Shown: one piece after another, positions 1-10,426 of the stretch | Numbering within the stretch: the first letter of the stretch is position 1 | Layout: each line of letters opens with the position of its first letter | Source: Alphaproteobacteria bacterium | GTDB lineage: Bacteria > Pseudomonadota > Alphaproteobacteria > UBA828 | Reading direction: 5' to 3' | NCBI GenBank assembly: GCA_965214705.1 | Contig: OZ243972.1 | Coordinates: 736,001 to 800,000 of the forward strand | DNA length: 64,000 nt | Notes under the pieces: model-generated | Seen by the model: the letters and a program-made list of their open reading frames with translations, nothing else | Databases searched by the model: none | What the model was told of the DNA's origin: nothing | Program-made: the position numbers and the translations under genes

Positions 1-192
1 GCGCTCAACATGCTGGCCAACACCTGCCCGTTCGACGCCACGGGGCATCCGGCCATGACGGTGCCCTGCGGTAAGGCGGACGAGTCGCCGATCGGCCTGA
101 TGCTGATCGGCAAGCGCTACGACGACGCGACCGTGATCCGGGCCGGCGGCGCCTTCGAGAGCCTCGGCGTCTACACGGTCTCGACCGTATAG
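1..192 (+). CDS. amidase family protein, C-terminal fragment (5' end outside window)
   Basis: NTCPFDATGHPAMTVPCG...PIGLMLIG resembles the amidase-signature C-terminus. Confidence 0.8.
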   Translation, partial: ALNMLANTCPFDATGHPAMTVPCGKADESPIGLMLIGKRYDDATVIRAGGAFESLGVYTVSTV

Positions 193-232
193 CCCGAACC
201 GGGCAGCCGGCTCCGCCGGCCGCGCTTCTCAA

Positions 233-271
233 GGGGCGCCTTCCAGCGCGGGCGGCGCCCCGCTTTCTTTT
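233..271 (+). terminator. probable rho-independent terminator
   Basis: GGGGCGCC (233-240) / GGCGCCCC (254-261) stem followed by a T-rich tract, downstream of the amidase. Confidence 0.55.
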
Positions 272-306
272 GGTGATTATATGGTTCGCATCACTAGGTG
301 GCGCGG

Positions 307-470
307 TCATTCGTCGGCCGACTGATCTTCGTTGGCTTCCTCAGTCGGCGCCTGGGGCTTCGCCAACTCACCAATGACGCGAGCGAATTCGTCCTTGCTC
401 ATGTCGGCGCCCGCCTCGCGGGCGGTTGCTGGAAGCGTTGAAGCTGAATGGGATCATTCGACTTCGCCAT
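307..470 (-). pseudogene. small IS1595-associated helical protein, frameshifted
   Basis: Adding one base near 428 gives MAKSNDPIQLQRFQQTAREAGADMSKDEFARVIGELAKPQ..., the type of small ORF often seen beside IS1595 transposases. Confidence 0.45.
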
Positions 471-701
471 CGAACCGAACCCTGTGAATTGTCACTCGTT
501 CATCGTCGTAAGAGTACAGCACCCACAATTCGCGGGTCTCCGCTACTTTGTTTTGAGGGAACACGTGCACCAGATACTTCGTAGCTTCGTGATGGTATCG
601 AGGAGGTAACTGCCCAGGTCTGATTCCGCCGAGCACTCACGCGTGATGGACTGATGCCTCTGGCCTGGTGCCGCTGACGTGGAGCGGAGCGGCGGGGGAT
701 T

Positions 702-2243
702 TCAGAAGCGCAGTACCGGGATTAGCTGCATGGGATCGGGGTGCGCCAGGGTTTCGAGGACATTCCAGCGCTGTTTTCGAGCGGTGGCGATGACGGACCG
801 CAGGTTGGCGAAGTCGCAGGCACCTTGCATCGAGCGGAAGCCGCCTGAGATTTTCTGACGCAGCTTGCCCATTCGCAGATCGCGCTCCGCCTCATTGTTC
901 GAGAACGGGGTTCGCGGGTCGGTGAGGAAGCGCAGGCACCCCTCCTTGTACTTCTGGAGCCGGAGCGCGAGGTTGTGACCGATGCGGCGCTTTTGTCGTC
1001 CGCGCTTTCCGGTCTGGAGCGGCGGCATCTCTTCGTGAGCGGCGATGGCACGTTCGAGGATGCGGTCCCAGGCTCGCGAGATGCGGGCGACCAGTGATGC
1101 GGGCACGTCGCGATCATTCTTGCGGGCGAAGCGGGCGGCTCTGTTGGCACGGGAGAGCAGCTGGTGCGTGCTCGTTGCCCAGTCTTCCTTCTCGATCTCG
1201 ATCAGGGCCTGGAGCTCACGCAGGTGATGGGCGTTGCAGGCCCCGTGGCGCACGCCCTCGAGAGCGAAGTAGGTGGCATAGTCGTCATGGATGACGATGC
1301 CGTTGAGCTTCTCGTCGAAATGGCCGCGCCCGCTGGCGACGCGCAGGATGGTCAGCAACGGGGTGCACAGCACGTGGAGCCAATGGGTCCGGGCGGCGAT
1401 GCGGATGCCGGTCTCGTCGAGGTGTTTGACCGGGGCTTCGGTGCGGATGATCTCTGCGACACGATCGAGGAAGCCCTCGAAGCGCCGGGCGGTGCGCCGG
1501 CCCATGGCGGCGATGGTGGCCGTTGAGATCTTGACCGCGAAGAGATCGCTCATGACCTCGGCGACGCGCTTCTCCGGAATGAACTGAGCGTGCAGCAGGT
1601 AGGTCACCCACGCGGTGATGCGCGGCCCGTACTGGACCGGGGCGCTCACGCCGTTCGGGAAGGCGGCTGTTGTCATGGTACCGCAGGCGGCGCAGAGGCA
1701 GCGATGGCCGCGATGCTCGGTGGCCTCGAGGGGCTGCGGCTCGGGCACATCGAAGACCTGCCGGCAGACGGGGGCTCCGTGACGGTCGGCGTCCGACAGC
1801 GGCGCGCCGCAGCCCTCACAGGCGGACGGATCATGATCCACGACGTGGTCCGGGTTCTCGGTCCGCTCCAGGGTGGTTCCCTTGTGGCCCGGCTGACCGC
1901 CGCTGGGCCTGTCGGATTTGCCGCGCCGGCTCCGGGTGCGCTTCTCCTGGTCTCCGCTCTTCTTCTTCAGGCCGTCGCTGGCCGGCGGCTTGGAGCTGGT
2001 GGTGCTGTCGAGCGCGGCGCTGCGCTCAAGTTCGGCGATCCGCTCGCGCAAGCGGGCGTTCTCCCGCTCCAGCGCGTCGTTCTCCTTGACCAGCGCCGCG
2101 CTCAGGCGAAGCAGCCCCTGGCCCCATTCCCGGATGGCTTTGACGGCGGTCATCGCGAAGGATTGTGGGGTGAAAAGGTCCTGCAGGCACGCGAAAGCCT
2201 CGTCGTGAGCGGCGAGGTCCGCGTGCCAGCGCGACACTGTCAC
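702..2243 (-). CDS. tnpC: IS66 family transposase (TnpC-like)
   Basis: SSKPPASDG leucine-zipper region, CxxC..CxxC zinc finger, HLDETG, CNAHHLREL, NNEAERDLR motifs. Confidence 0.95.
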   Translation of the reverse strand: MTVSRWHADLAAHDEAFACLQDLFTPQSFAMTAVKAIREWGQGLLRLSAALVKENDALERENARLRERIAELERSAALDSTTSSKPPASDGLKKKSGDQEKRTRSRRGKSDRPSGGQPGHKGTTLERTENPDHVVDHDPSACEGCGAPLSDADRHGAPVCRQVFDVPEPQPLEATEHRGHRCLCAACGTMTTAAFPNGVSAPVQYGPRITAWVTYLLHAQFIPEKRVAEVMSDLFAVKISTATIAAMGRRTARRFEGFLDRVAEIIRTEAPVKHLDETGIRIAARTHWLHVLCTPLLTILRVASGRGHFDEKLNGIVIHDDYATYFALEGVRHGACNAHHLRELQALIEIEKEDWATSTHQLLSRANRAARFARKNDRDVPASLVARISRAWDRILERAIAAHEEMPPLQTGKRGRQKRRIGHNLALRLQKYKEGCLRFLTDPRTPFSNNEAERDLRMGKLRQKISGGFRSMQGACDFANLRSVIATARKQRWNVLETLAHPDPMQLIPVLRF

Positions 2244-2908
2244 AAACCCTCGTCAGCCTCGACGGCCATGATCGCGGCCAGCACCGCCAGGCGTTCGCCC
2301 GCCGGCATGGCCTCGTAGCGCCGGCCCCAGTTGGCCGCCTTGCGCTTGATGCGCTGGCGGTCGGTGAAGTTGCGGCCCGCGCAGCTCGCCCAGTGCACCC
2401 GGTCGGGCGCGAAGTTGAACCACACCACCTCGGTCCGCACCTGGGCCTGGGTCGTCACCTGCAGCGCCAGCCGGCGCCAGCCCGCCAGCAACTCGTCATA
2501 GAGCGCAGACGGGTGGCCCGAGACCATCACCTGGCAGGGCAGACCCTTGAGCAGTTCGAGGAGCGCGACGTGGTCGGCCTCCTCGTACTCGAAGCGGTAG
2601 CGCTGCGACGAACGCCGGGTCGCGTGCAGATAGGGCGGATCGCTGTAGACCAGCTCCGGGCCCAGGAACGGGAACGAGGCCAGAAAGGAGTGGGCGCAGC
2701 CGTGCACCAACTCCACCGGGTAGCCACAGTCGAAGGACTCAAGCGCCCGCTCGTCGCGGTCAATCCCGATCGAGCGCACGGCCGCAGGCTTGCGCTTCAT
2801 CAGCGCCCCGCCCCCCAAGTGGCTCTCGATATAGACAGAGTGCGGGGGCATCAGCGCAATCAGCGCCTGGCTCAGACCGGTCGTCGCCTTCGATCCGAAA
2901 TACCCCAC
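2240..2908 (-). CDS. Dam-like (D12-class) N6-adenine DNA methyltransferase
   Basis: YFGSK motif X, ESHLGGGA SAM-binding motif I, DPPY catalytic motif IV; stop overlaps transposase start (GTGA). Confidence 0.85.
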   Translation of the reverse strand: MGYFGSKATTGLSQALIALMPPHSVYIESHLGGGALMKRKPAAVRSIGIDRDERALESFDCGYPVELVHGCAHSFLASFPFLGPELVYSDPPYLHATRRSSQRYRFEYEEADHVALLELLKGLPCQVMVSGHPSALYDELLAGWRRLALQVTTQAQVRTEVVWFNFAPDRVHWASCAGRNFTDRQRIKRKAANWGRRYEAMPAGERLAVLAAIMAVEADEGL

Positions 2909-3210
2909 CGGCTGCTCCTCTCATGCGAGAGAGCAACCCATAGGCGAGCGCGCCTATACAGTCAAGGGGCAGATCATCGATGCGCCGACGGCCAAACGGC
3001 ACCGGCGGCGACCAACATCAGCACGCACTCAGATCTGGCGGCGGGGTACCTGGGTAGTTACTCGAGGAGTTCCTTTTTCAGGACTTCTCGCAAGACGCCA
3101 TTCTATGCCGCGCCAGTGGTCATCGAAGCGCGGCGTCTGTGCAGTCGCCTCGTCGACAAAACATTGCGCTTGCGGGTCCAGCGCAACGTCCCGATATACG
3201 GACCACTGCA

Positions 3211-3846
3211 TTATCGGGCTGCGGCGCTCTCGATTTGCTCGACAGCAGCGTTGGCCCAGTCTCTGACTTCATCCGTTATGGCTCCCTTACCACTAGCAAG
3301 AGTGGCATATAGGGGAATTTCCTCGCCCTCAGCGGCTGCTTCCCAAATCTCTTCATGGGTAAGTTCGCTGATCTCGTTTGCAGAGTGGCTGCACACAAAA
3401 TCAAGTACGATCTTGGCCCATGCCTGTTCCGCTTCCGACAAAATCCCGGAATCCAGCCGCCCGCGGAAAATGTATTTCCGCGTGTCATAATGATGCTCCG
3501 GTTCCTGGATGATAATTTTCTCGTCAGCCTCGAGCTCTGCCAACGTAGCAAGTATCGTCTTTGGAACAGGACCCTTCTTCCTCTTGACGTACGTTTCTCC
3601 GGTAATCGATACGCCATTCGCTTGGTAAGCGAGCATATCGGCAAACCAGAGTGCCTTGTTCAGCCTTATAGCTCCGAGGCGCGATGGGTTATGCCGGCAT
3701 TCGTGCACCATAAAGTGCACTAGCGCCTTGAACTTTTCCCGTGACATGGGACGCTCCCTCGGTTGGTCAGGGTCTACATATGGCACTTGACACACCAAAT
3801 GTCTAGTGTTAGGCGCCATGTCCGAACGGCGATTCGTATGCTCCAT
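3211..3846 (-). CDS. Panacea domain (DUF4065/SocA-like) antitoxin
   Basis: RLNKALWFAD...SITGETY....GPVP...THEEIW pattern; start uncertain (possibly MSREKF). Confidence 0.8.
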   Translation of the reverse strand: MEHTNRRSDMAPNTRHLVCQVPYVDPDQPRERPMSREKFKALVHFMVHECRHNPSRLGAIRLNKALWFADMLAYQANGVSITGETYVKRKKGPVPKTILATLAELEADEKIIIQEPEHHYDTRKYIFRGRLDSGILSEAEQAWAKIVLDFVCSHSANEISELTHEEIWEAAAEGEEIPLYATLASGKGAITDEVRDWANAAVEQIESAAAR

Positions 3847-3865
3847 AAGGCTAAGTGCCTATCAA

Positions 3866-3940
3866 TCAAGCATATTTTAGGCGTTTTCCTCTCACGCCAC
3901 GAAGAACCTGAGGCGCTCGACCTTCATCCTCAGTATTCCT
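3866..3940 (-). pseudogene. IS1595 transposase C-terminal remnant
   Basis: Translates EDEGRAPQVLRGVRGKRLKYA*, like the G-x-x-GKRL-x-Y terminus of IS1595 transposases. Confidence 0.5.
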
Positions 3941-4158
3941 CGCGACTCGATGGCCCGCGTCGCGTGGGCGCATGAGACGGCTTCTCTTTCTCTTGGTGGG
4001 ATTCGCCGGGATTAAGTGGGACAAGTGGGATTTCACGGGCGGACGACGGGCGTCCGCCTATCCTGTCTCCGCCTCCTGGAGCGTGCTTACCTTTAACCAT
4101 CATCGTGCGATTGTGACGCGGGCGCCAAACGCTCTGCACCGCACTATGGTCCGGGGCG

Positions 4159-4563
4159 TCAGCCGATGACGGCGGTGGCCTCCACCTCGCAGCGGACATC
4201 GGGCGAATAGAGGGCCTGGACGCCCATCAGCGTCATCGAAGGCGGCGTGTGGCCCTCGAAGAGCTTCCTGTTGGCTTCGTTAACCACCTCGCCTTCCTCG
4301 AAACGGTAGTTGGCGACGTAGGTATTGAGCCGGACGATATCCGCCACCGTCCCGCCGGCCTCGGCGAGCACGCGCCGGATGTTCTCGTGCGCCTGGGCGA
4401 GCTGAGCCGCGAGGTCCGGTCCCACCGACTCGCTGTTCTCGTTCCAGCCGACCTGGCCCGAGAGATAGATGGTCTTGCCGCCCTCGGCCACCACCGCGTG
4501 GCTGAGACCGTAGGTCAGATAGTCCGGCACGTTGTCAGGGTTGATGTGGGTGAACTTGGCCAT
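4159..4563 (-). CDS. RidA/YjgF/UK114 family protein
   Basis: [24 protein letters not shown] motifs. Confidence 0.9.
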   Translation of the reverse strand: MAKFTHINPDNVPDYLTYGLSHAVVAEGGKTIYLSGQVGWNENSESVGPDLAAQLAQAHENIRRVLAEAGGTVADIVRLNTYVANYRFEEGEVVNEANRKLFEGHTPPSMTLMGVQALYSPDVRCEVEATAVIG

Positions 4564-4602
4564 GGGGTCCTCCGTCGTTGCGGCCGGGCGCGCGGCGGCG
4601 CC

Positions 4603-6297
<1,695 letters not shown>

Positions 6298-6348
6298 TGT
6301 CCGTCCCTACCTCGTCCGGGCTGCCCGCCGCCGCGGGCAGGGAGCGCC

Positions 6349-6423
<75 letters not shown>

Positions 6424-6499
6424 TTAGGCCGGCACGCGGGCCTGTGTATAGGACACGGGGCGGCGGCTGTCTACGCGCCGGGCGCGGTCGTGGACAGGG

Positions 6500-7465
6500 T
6501 CAAACGGCGAGGTACTGCGCGGCGACGAAGGCGGCATAACCGAGCAGCAGGAGCACGCCGAAGAGCCGTCCCAGCCTGAGCCCTGAGAGCATCGTCGCGA
6601 TCACGAGGCCGGTGACCCCCGCAAGCACCCAGATGTCGAGATGCCTGATCTCGTCGGGCACCGGCAGCGGCGTCACCACGGTCACGACGCCCAGGATCGC
6701 AAGGATGTTGAACACGCTGGAGCCGATCACGTTGCCGATCGCGACTTCGGCGTGCTTGCGATAGGCCGCCACCACGGTGGTCGCGAGCTCCGGCAGCGAG
6801 GTGCCGACCGCCACCACCGTGATGCCGATCACGGTCTCGGTGATGCCGAGGCCGCGCGCGATGATCGTGGCGGCGCCGACCATCAGGTGGGCGCCGAAGC
6901 TGACGCCCGCGAGACCAAGCAACGCAGCGAGCACGGCGAGCCAGATGGGCTTGGGCAGGTGCAGGCGCTCCTCGGCCTCCTGGCTGTGGCGGCCGCCCGT
7001 CGCGTTGCCGAGCCGGCGCTCATGCCAATAGGAGGCGACGGTGAGCACCCCGAGCAGCACCAGCATCAGCGCGCCCTGCCAGGCAACAAGGGTGCCGAAC
7101 GAGACGAAGACCACGAGCAGCGCCGTCGCCCCGATCAGCGTCGCGCCGTCCCGCACCGCCGCCTGCCGCGACACCATGACCGGCGTGATCGCGACGGCGA
7201 GGCCGAAGATGAGAAGCAGGTTGGCGATGTTGCTGCCGATGACGTTGCCGAAGGCGATGCCGGTCGAGCCCCTGAGCGCGGCTTGCAGGGTGACCACCAG
7301 CTCCGGCATCGAGGTGCCGAAGGCCACGACCGTGGCCCCGATGAGCAACGGCGAGACGTTCAACCGCCGAGCGAGCGCGACCGAGCCCCGCACCAGCGCT
7401 TCACCGCCCACGAAGAGCAGAATGAACCCGCCGATGAGTTGGATATGGGTCAGCGGGTCGAGCAT
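6500..7465 (-). CDS. calcium/sodium antiporter (YrbG-like)
   Basis: Two GTSxPE...GNVIGS alpha repeats, hydrophobic. Confidence 0.92.
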   Translation of the reverse strand: MLDPLTHIQLIGGFILLFVGGEALVRGSVALARRLNVSPLLIGATVVAFGTSMPELVVTLQAALRGSTGIAFGNVIGSNIANLLLIFGLAVAITPVMVSRQAAVRDGATLIGATALLVVFVSFGTLVAWQGALMLVLLGVLTVASYWHERRLGNATGGRHSQEAEERLHLPKPIWLAVLAALLGLAGVSFGAHLMVGAATIIARGLGITETVIGITVVAVGTSLPELATTVVAAYRKHAEVAIGNVIGSSVFNILAILGVVTVVTPLPVPDEIRHLDIWVLAGVTGLVIATMLSGLRLGRLFGVLLLLGYAAFVAAQYLAV

Positions 7466-8856
7466 CTGCCTCTGTGGCTTGCGGCGGCCGGCGTGCCGCC
7501 CCGCTCTAGCACGAAACGACCATGCGGCTGGGCCGGATCGGAAACGAGCGTGACCGGAATCCCGAGCCAACGCGCCAACGCGTCCTCACCGGGCGCGGCG
7601 AGCGCTTCCAGCAGCACCGGTGCAGCGCGGAGCGTCAAGGCCCGCGCGCCGCTCGCCGCCTCGCGCCGGGCGGCACCCGCCGCCTCGTGCGCAATGGCTT
7701 CAAGCCGCAACCTGCGGCCGCCGAAGCCGCCCGCCGGTTTGGTCAGCGCCTGACGCAGGCTCGGGCCGAGGCGCTGGCGGTTCACCTCGACCACGCCGCC
7801 GGCGGTGACGCCGAGCACGCGGTGGGGAGTCCGGTCGGCCGCGAGGGCGTTCTTCAGCGCCCCGATCTGCGCCTCGCGCCGGCGGGTGCCGCCGCGGCCC
7901 GCGAAGTCGATGGCGATCAGCCCGCTCAGGTTGCGCAGCACGATTTCGCGGCCCGCCGCCTCGGCTGTCTCAGCCGCCGCGGCATCGGCGGCCTGGCTCG
8001 TGTCGACATCGATGGCGCAGAGCGCGCGGGTCTCCTCGATCGTGAGCCGGGCGCCACCAGGGAGAGTCACCTCGGACTCCAGCGCCGCCTGGAGCTGGCC
8101 GGCACAATCGTACCGCTCGAAGAGCGGCGCCGCGTCCCGGCACACACCTTCATACGCAAGCACCGGCGCAAGATCGGGCGCCTCTTCCGTTGTCAGCGCT
8201 CTTGCCCGCTCGAGCACCGCGCGGTCGTCGATGGCGATGCACGCGGGTCCGGGCGCCGCGTCCCGCAGCAGGCGCCCGAGCAGACCGCCCGCGTGCCAGA
8301 GGCGCCGGGGGGTCCGGTCGCGCCTGGCCGCTGTCTCGATCTCCTGCCAGCGCGCCGCCAGCGCCGCGACGTGGGCCGGCACCGCGTCCGGGCACGCAAC
8401 GGCGGCACCCCTGATCGTCAGCGCCCCGCCGTCCACCCCGGCCTCATCCAGCACCACGCCCAGCGCACGCTTGACCTGCAGATCGTGGAGACGGCGCGAG
8501 AAGGTGAGCCCGCTCCCGCCGGGGCGGAAGACGGCGTAGCGGCCGGCCAGCGCCGGCTTGCGCGTGACCCGCGCGCGCTTGCCTTCATAGGCATCGCAGA
8601 CCACCTGCACGATCGGCGGCGCGTCGTTGGCATCGAGGCCGCGCGCGCCTTGCAGAAACGCCTCCTTGCCCCCGCCGATATCGACAATGCAGGCTTCGAT
8701 GCCCGACATGCGGCCGAGCGGACGCGCCACGTGTACATCGCCGATGCGGCTCGGGCTCGCACTCCACTCGACGAAGAACGCGACCGGCCGCCCGCCCGCG
8801 ACCGCCGCCGCCTGCATGCCATAGGGGCTCGCGGTGATGAGTAACTCGTCGCCCAT
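7450..8856 (-). CDS. ribonuclease E/G family protein
   Basis: S1-like start, AIDVDT, LRNLSGLIAIDF; follows maf. Confidence 0.8.
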   Translation of the reverse strand: MGDELLITASPYGMQAAAVAGGRPVAFFVEWSASPSRIGDVHVARPLGRMSGIEACIVDIGGGKEAFLQGARGLDANDAPPIVQVVCDAYEGKRARVTRKPALAGRYAVFRPGGSGLTFSRRLHDLQVKRALGVVLDEAGVDGGALTIRGAAVACPDAVPAHVAALAARWQEIETAARRDRTPRRLWHAGGLLGRLLRDAAPGPACIAIDDRAVLERARALTTEEAPDLAPVLAYEGVCRDAAPLFERYDCAGQLQAALESEVTLPGGARLTIEETRALCAIDVDTSQAADAAAAETAEAAGREIVLRNLSGLIAIDFAGRGGTRRREAQIGALKNALAADRTPHRVLGVTAGGVVEVNRQRLGPSLRQALTKPAGGFGGRRLRLEAIAHEAAGAARREAASGARALTLRAAPVLLEALAAPGEDALARWLGIPVTLVSDPAQPHGRFVLERGGTPAAASHRGRCSTR

Positions 8857-8864
8857 CGCCTCGA

Positions 8865-9473
8865 TCACATGGGGCCGGGCGGCCGGGGCGGCAAGCCGAG
8901 GCCGACCAGCAGCCGGTAGGTCTCGTGCAGCGGCAGCCCCACCACGTTGGAATAGGAGCCGCCCACGAAGCGGACGAAGGCCGCCGCTCTCCCCTGGATC
9001 GCGTAGCCGCCGGCCTTGCCCCGCCACTCGCCGCCGGCGAGATAGGCCGCGATTTCCTCGTCGGAGAGCCGCTTGAAGGCCACGGCGGTGCGCGCCAACC
9101 GGCTCACTGCGCGGCCCATCGGGTCGATCACCGTAACCCCGCCGTAGACCCGGTGGCGCCGGCCCGAGAGCAGCGCGAGGCAGCGCCGCGCGCTCTCCTC
9201 GGTCTCCGCCTTCTCCAGGATGCGCCGGCCGCAGGCCACCACCGTATCGGCGCCGAGGATGAAGGCCCCCGGATGGCGCGTCGCGACCGCCTCCGCCTTT
9301 GCCCGCGCGAGCCGGGCCGCGTGCGCCTCCGGCCGCTCGCCGGGGAGCACGGTCTCGTCGAGCGCGGCAGGCTCGACCGTATCCGGCCCATAGCCGATCT
9401 GCTCCAGCAGCGCGCGTCGGCGGGGCGACGCCGAGGCAAGCACCAGGGGCGGGCGCGGCGAAGGGCCGGCCAT
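8865..9473 (-). CDS. maf: Maf family nucleotide pyrophosphatase
   Basis: LVLASASPRR, GADTVV, GKAGGYAIQG, SNVVGLP. Confidence 0.95.
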   Translation of the reverse strand: MAGPSPRPPLVLASASPRRRALLEQIGYGPDTVEPAALDETVLPGERPEAHAARLARAKAEAVATRHPGAFILGADTVVACGRRILEKAETEESARRCLALLSGRRHRVYGGVTVIDPMGRAVSRLARTAVAFKRLSDEEIAAYLAGGEWRGKAGGYAIQGRAAAFVRFVGGSYSNVVGLPLHETYRLLVGLGLPPRPPGPM

Positions 9474-9475
9474 GC

Positions 9476-9922
9476 TCAGACCACCGGCGGGCGGGGCGCG
9501 CCGAAGCGCTCCGTGAGCTTCGCCATGAGCCCGTCCCGCACCTCGCGGTAGGCGAACAGCCGAGTCTCGCGGTTGCCCTCGACGATGCTGGGATCGAGGG
9601 TGTGCCAAAACTCGAGCTCGCAGTGCGCGGTGCGGGTGAGCTCGATCGCCCTGTGCTGGGCCTCCGGCGAGAGCGACACCACCATGTCGAAGGAGTCGCT
9701 TTCGAGATCGTCGAAGGTCTTGGGCCGATGGCCGCCGATATCGATCCCGATCTCCGCCATGACGAGAACCGCGAAGGCGTCACGCCCGCCGCCGCCGCGC
9801 ACACCCGCCGAATCGACGAAGAGCCGGGTGCCGAAGAGGCTCTTCATGAGCCCTTCCGCCATGGGCGAGCGCACGGAGTTCCACGTGCAGGCGAAGAGGA
9901 TGCTGCCGGGGAGTATGCCCAT
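9476..9922 (-). CDS. low-molecular-weight phosphatase family protein
   Basis: FACTWNSVRSPMAE P-loop. Confidence 0.88.
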   Translation of the reverse strand: MGILPGSILFACTWNSVRSPMAEGLMKSLFGTRLFVDSAGVRGGGGRDAFAVLVMAEIGIDIGGHRPKTFDDLESDSFDMVVSLSPEAQHRAIELTRTAHCELEFWHTLDPSIVEGNRETRLFAYREVRDGLMAKLTERFGAPRPPVV

Positions 9923-9936
9923 GGCGAGCGAGCGGG

Positions 9937-10422
9937 CTAAAGCCGGACATGCAGCGCGTGGACGAGCGTGAACAGCCGCCGCGCCGTCGTCTCGTCGATA
10001 TCGATGGTGCCGGCGAGTTCGCGCCGGATGATCTCGGCGCCATCGTTGTGGCAAGACCGCCGGCCCATGTCGATCGCCTCGATCTGCGACCGCGGCGCGG
10101 TTCGGATCGCCTCGTGATAGGTGTCGCAGATTGTGGCGTAGTCGCGCAGCGTCTGGCGCAGCGCCGCAAGCAGCAGCACGGCCTGGACCTGCGGCACGCC
10201 CATGTCGTCCTCGACATCCAGCAGTAGTCGCCCTTCCTCGCGGCCAATGCGCAGCCGATAGGGGCCGCCCGACCCTTCGACCGGCGCGAAGCTGTTCTCC
10301 TCCAGCAGATCGTGGATGGCGATGCGGCGCTCGTGTTCGTAATCCGGGCCCCGGCGAAAGCCGGCGCTCGGGTCCAGTGCGACCTCCACCAGCCGGTCCG
10401 TCCCGGCCGGGTCCCCACCCAT
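9937..10422 (-). CDS. UPF0262 family protein
   Basis: EHERRIAIHDLLEENSF..IEAIDMGRR..HN; conserved position after hisD. Confidence 0.9.
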   Translation of the reverse strand: MGGDPAGTDRLVEVALDPSAGFRRGPDYEHERRIAIHDLLEENSFAPVEGSGGPYRLRIGREEGRLLLDVEDDMGVPQVQAVLLLAALRQTLRDYATICDTYHEAIRTAPRSQIEAIDMGRRSCHNDGAEIIRRELAGTIDIDETTARRLFTLVHALHVRL

Positions 10423-10426
10423 GTTC

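Larger units (their letters stand above)
606..3061 (-). mobile_element. IS66-family element (copy 1) carrying a DNA adenine methyltransferase
   Basis: Terminal IRs GTAACT(G/A)CCCAGGT; 8-bp target duplication TCGAGGAG at 598-605 and 3062-3069; 2456 bp. Confidence 0.95.
454..3211 (-). pseudogene. putative RelE/ParE-like toxin (97 aa) split by IS66 insertion
   Basis: 3211-3062 joins 597-454 in frame once the IS and one TCGAGGAG copy are removed; lies directly downstream of the Panacea gene. Confidence 0.6.
272..3940 (-). mobile_element. degenerate IS1595-family (ISNwi1-group-like) transporter element relic carrying passenger genes
   Basis: End motif GGTGATTAT at 272 fits ggnnatTAT; transposase C-terminal remnant ..QVLRGVRGKRLKYA* at ~3866-3940; passengers lie between; other end not found. 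Confidence 0.55.

Noticed and set aside
7450-9804. Apparent 784-aa RNase E/G fusion
   Set aside because: The upstream part overlaps maf and the phosphatase in another frame; the real start is near 8856.
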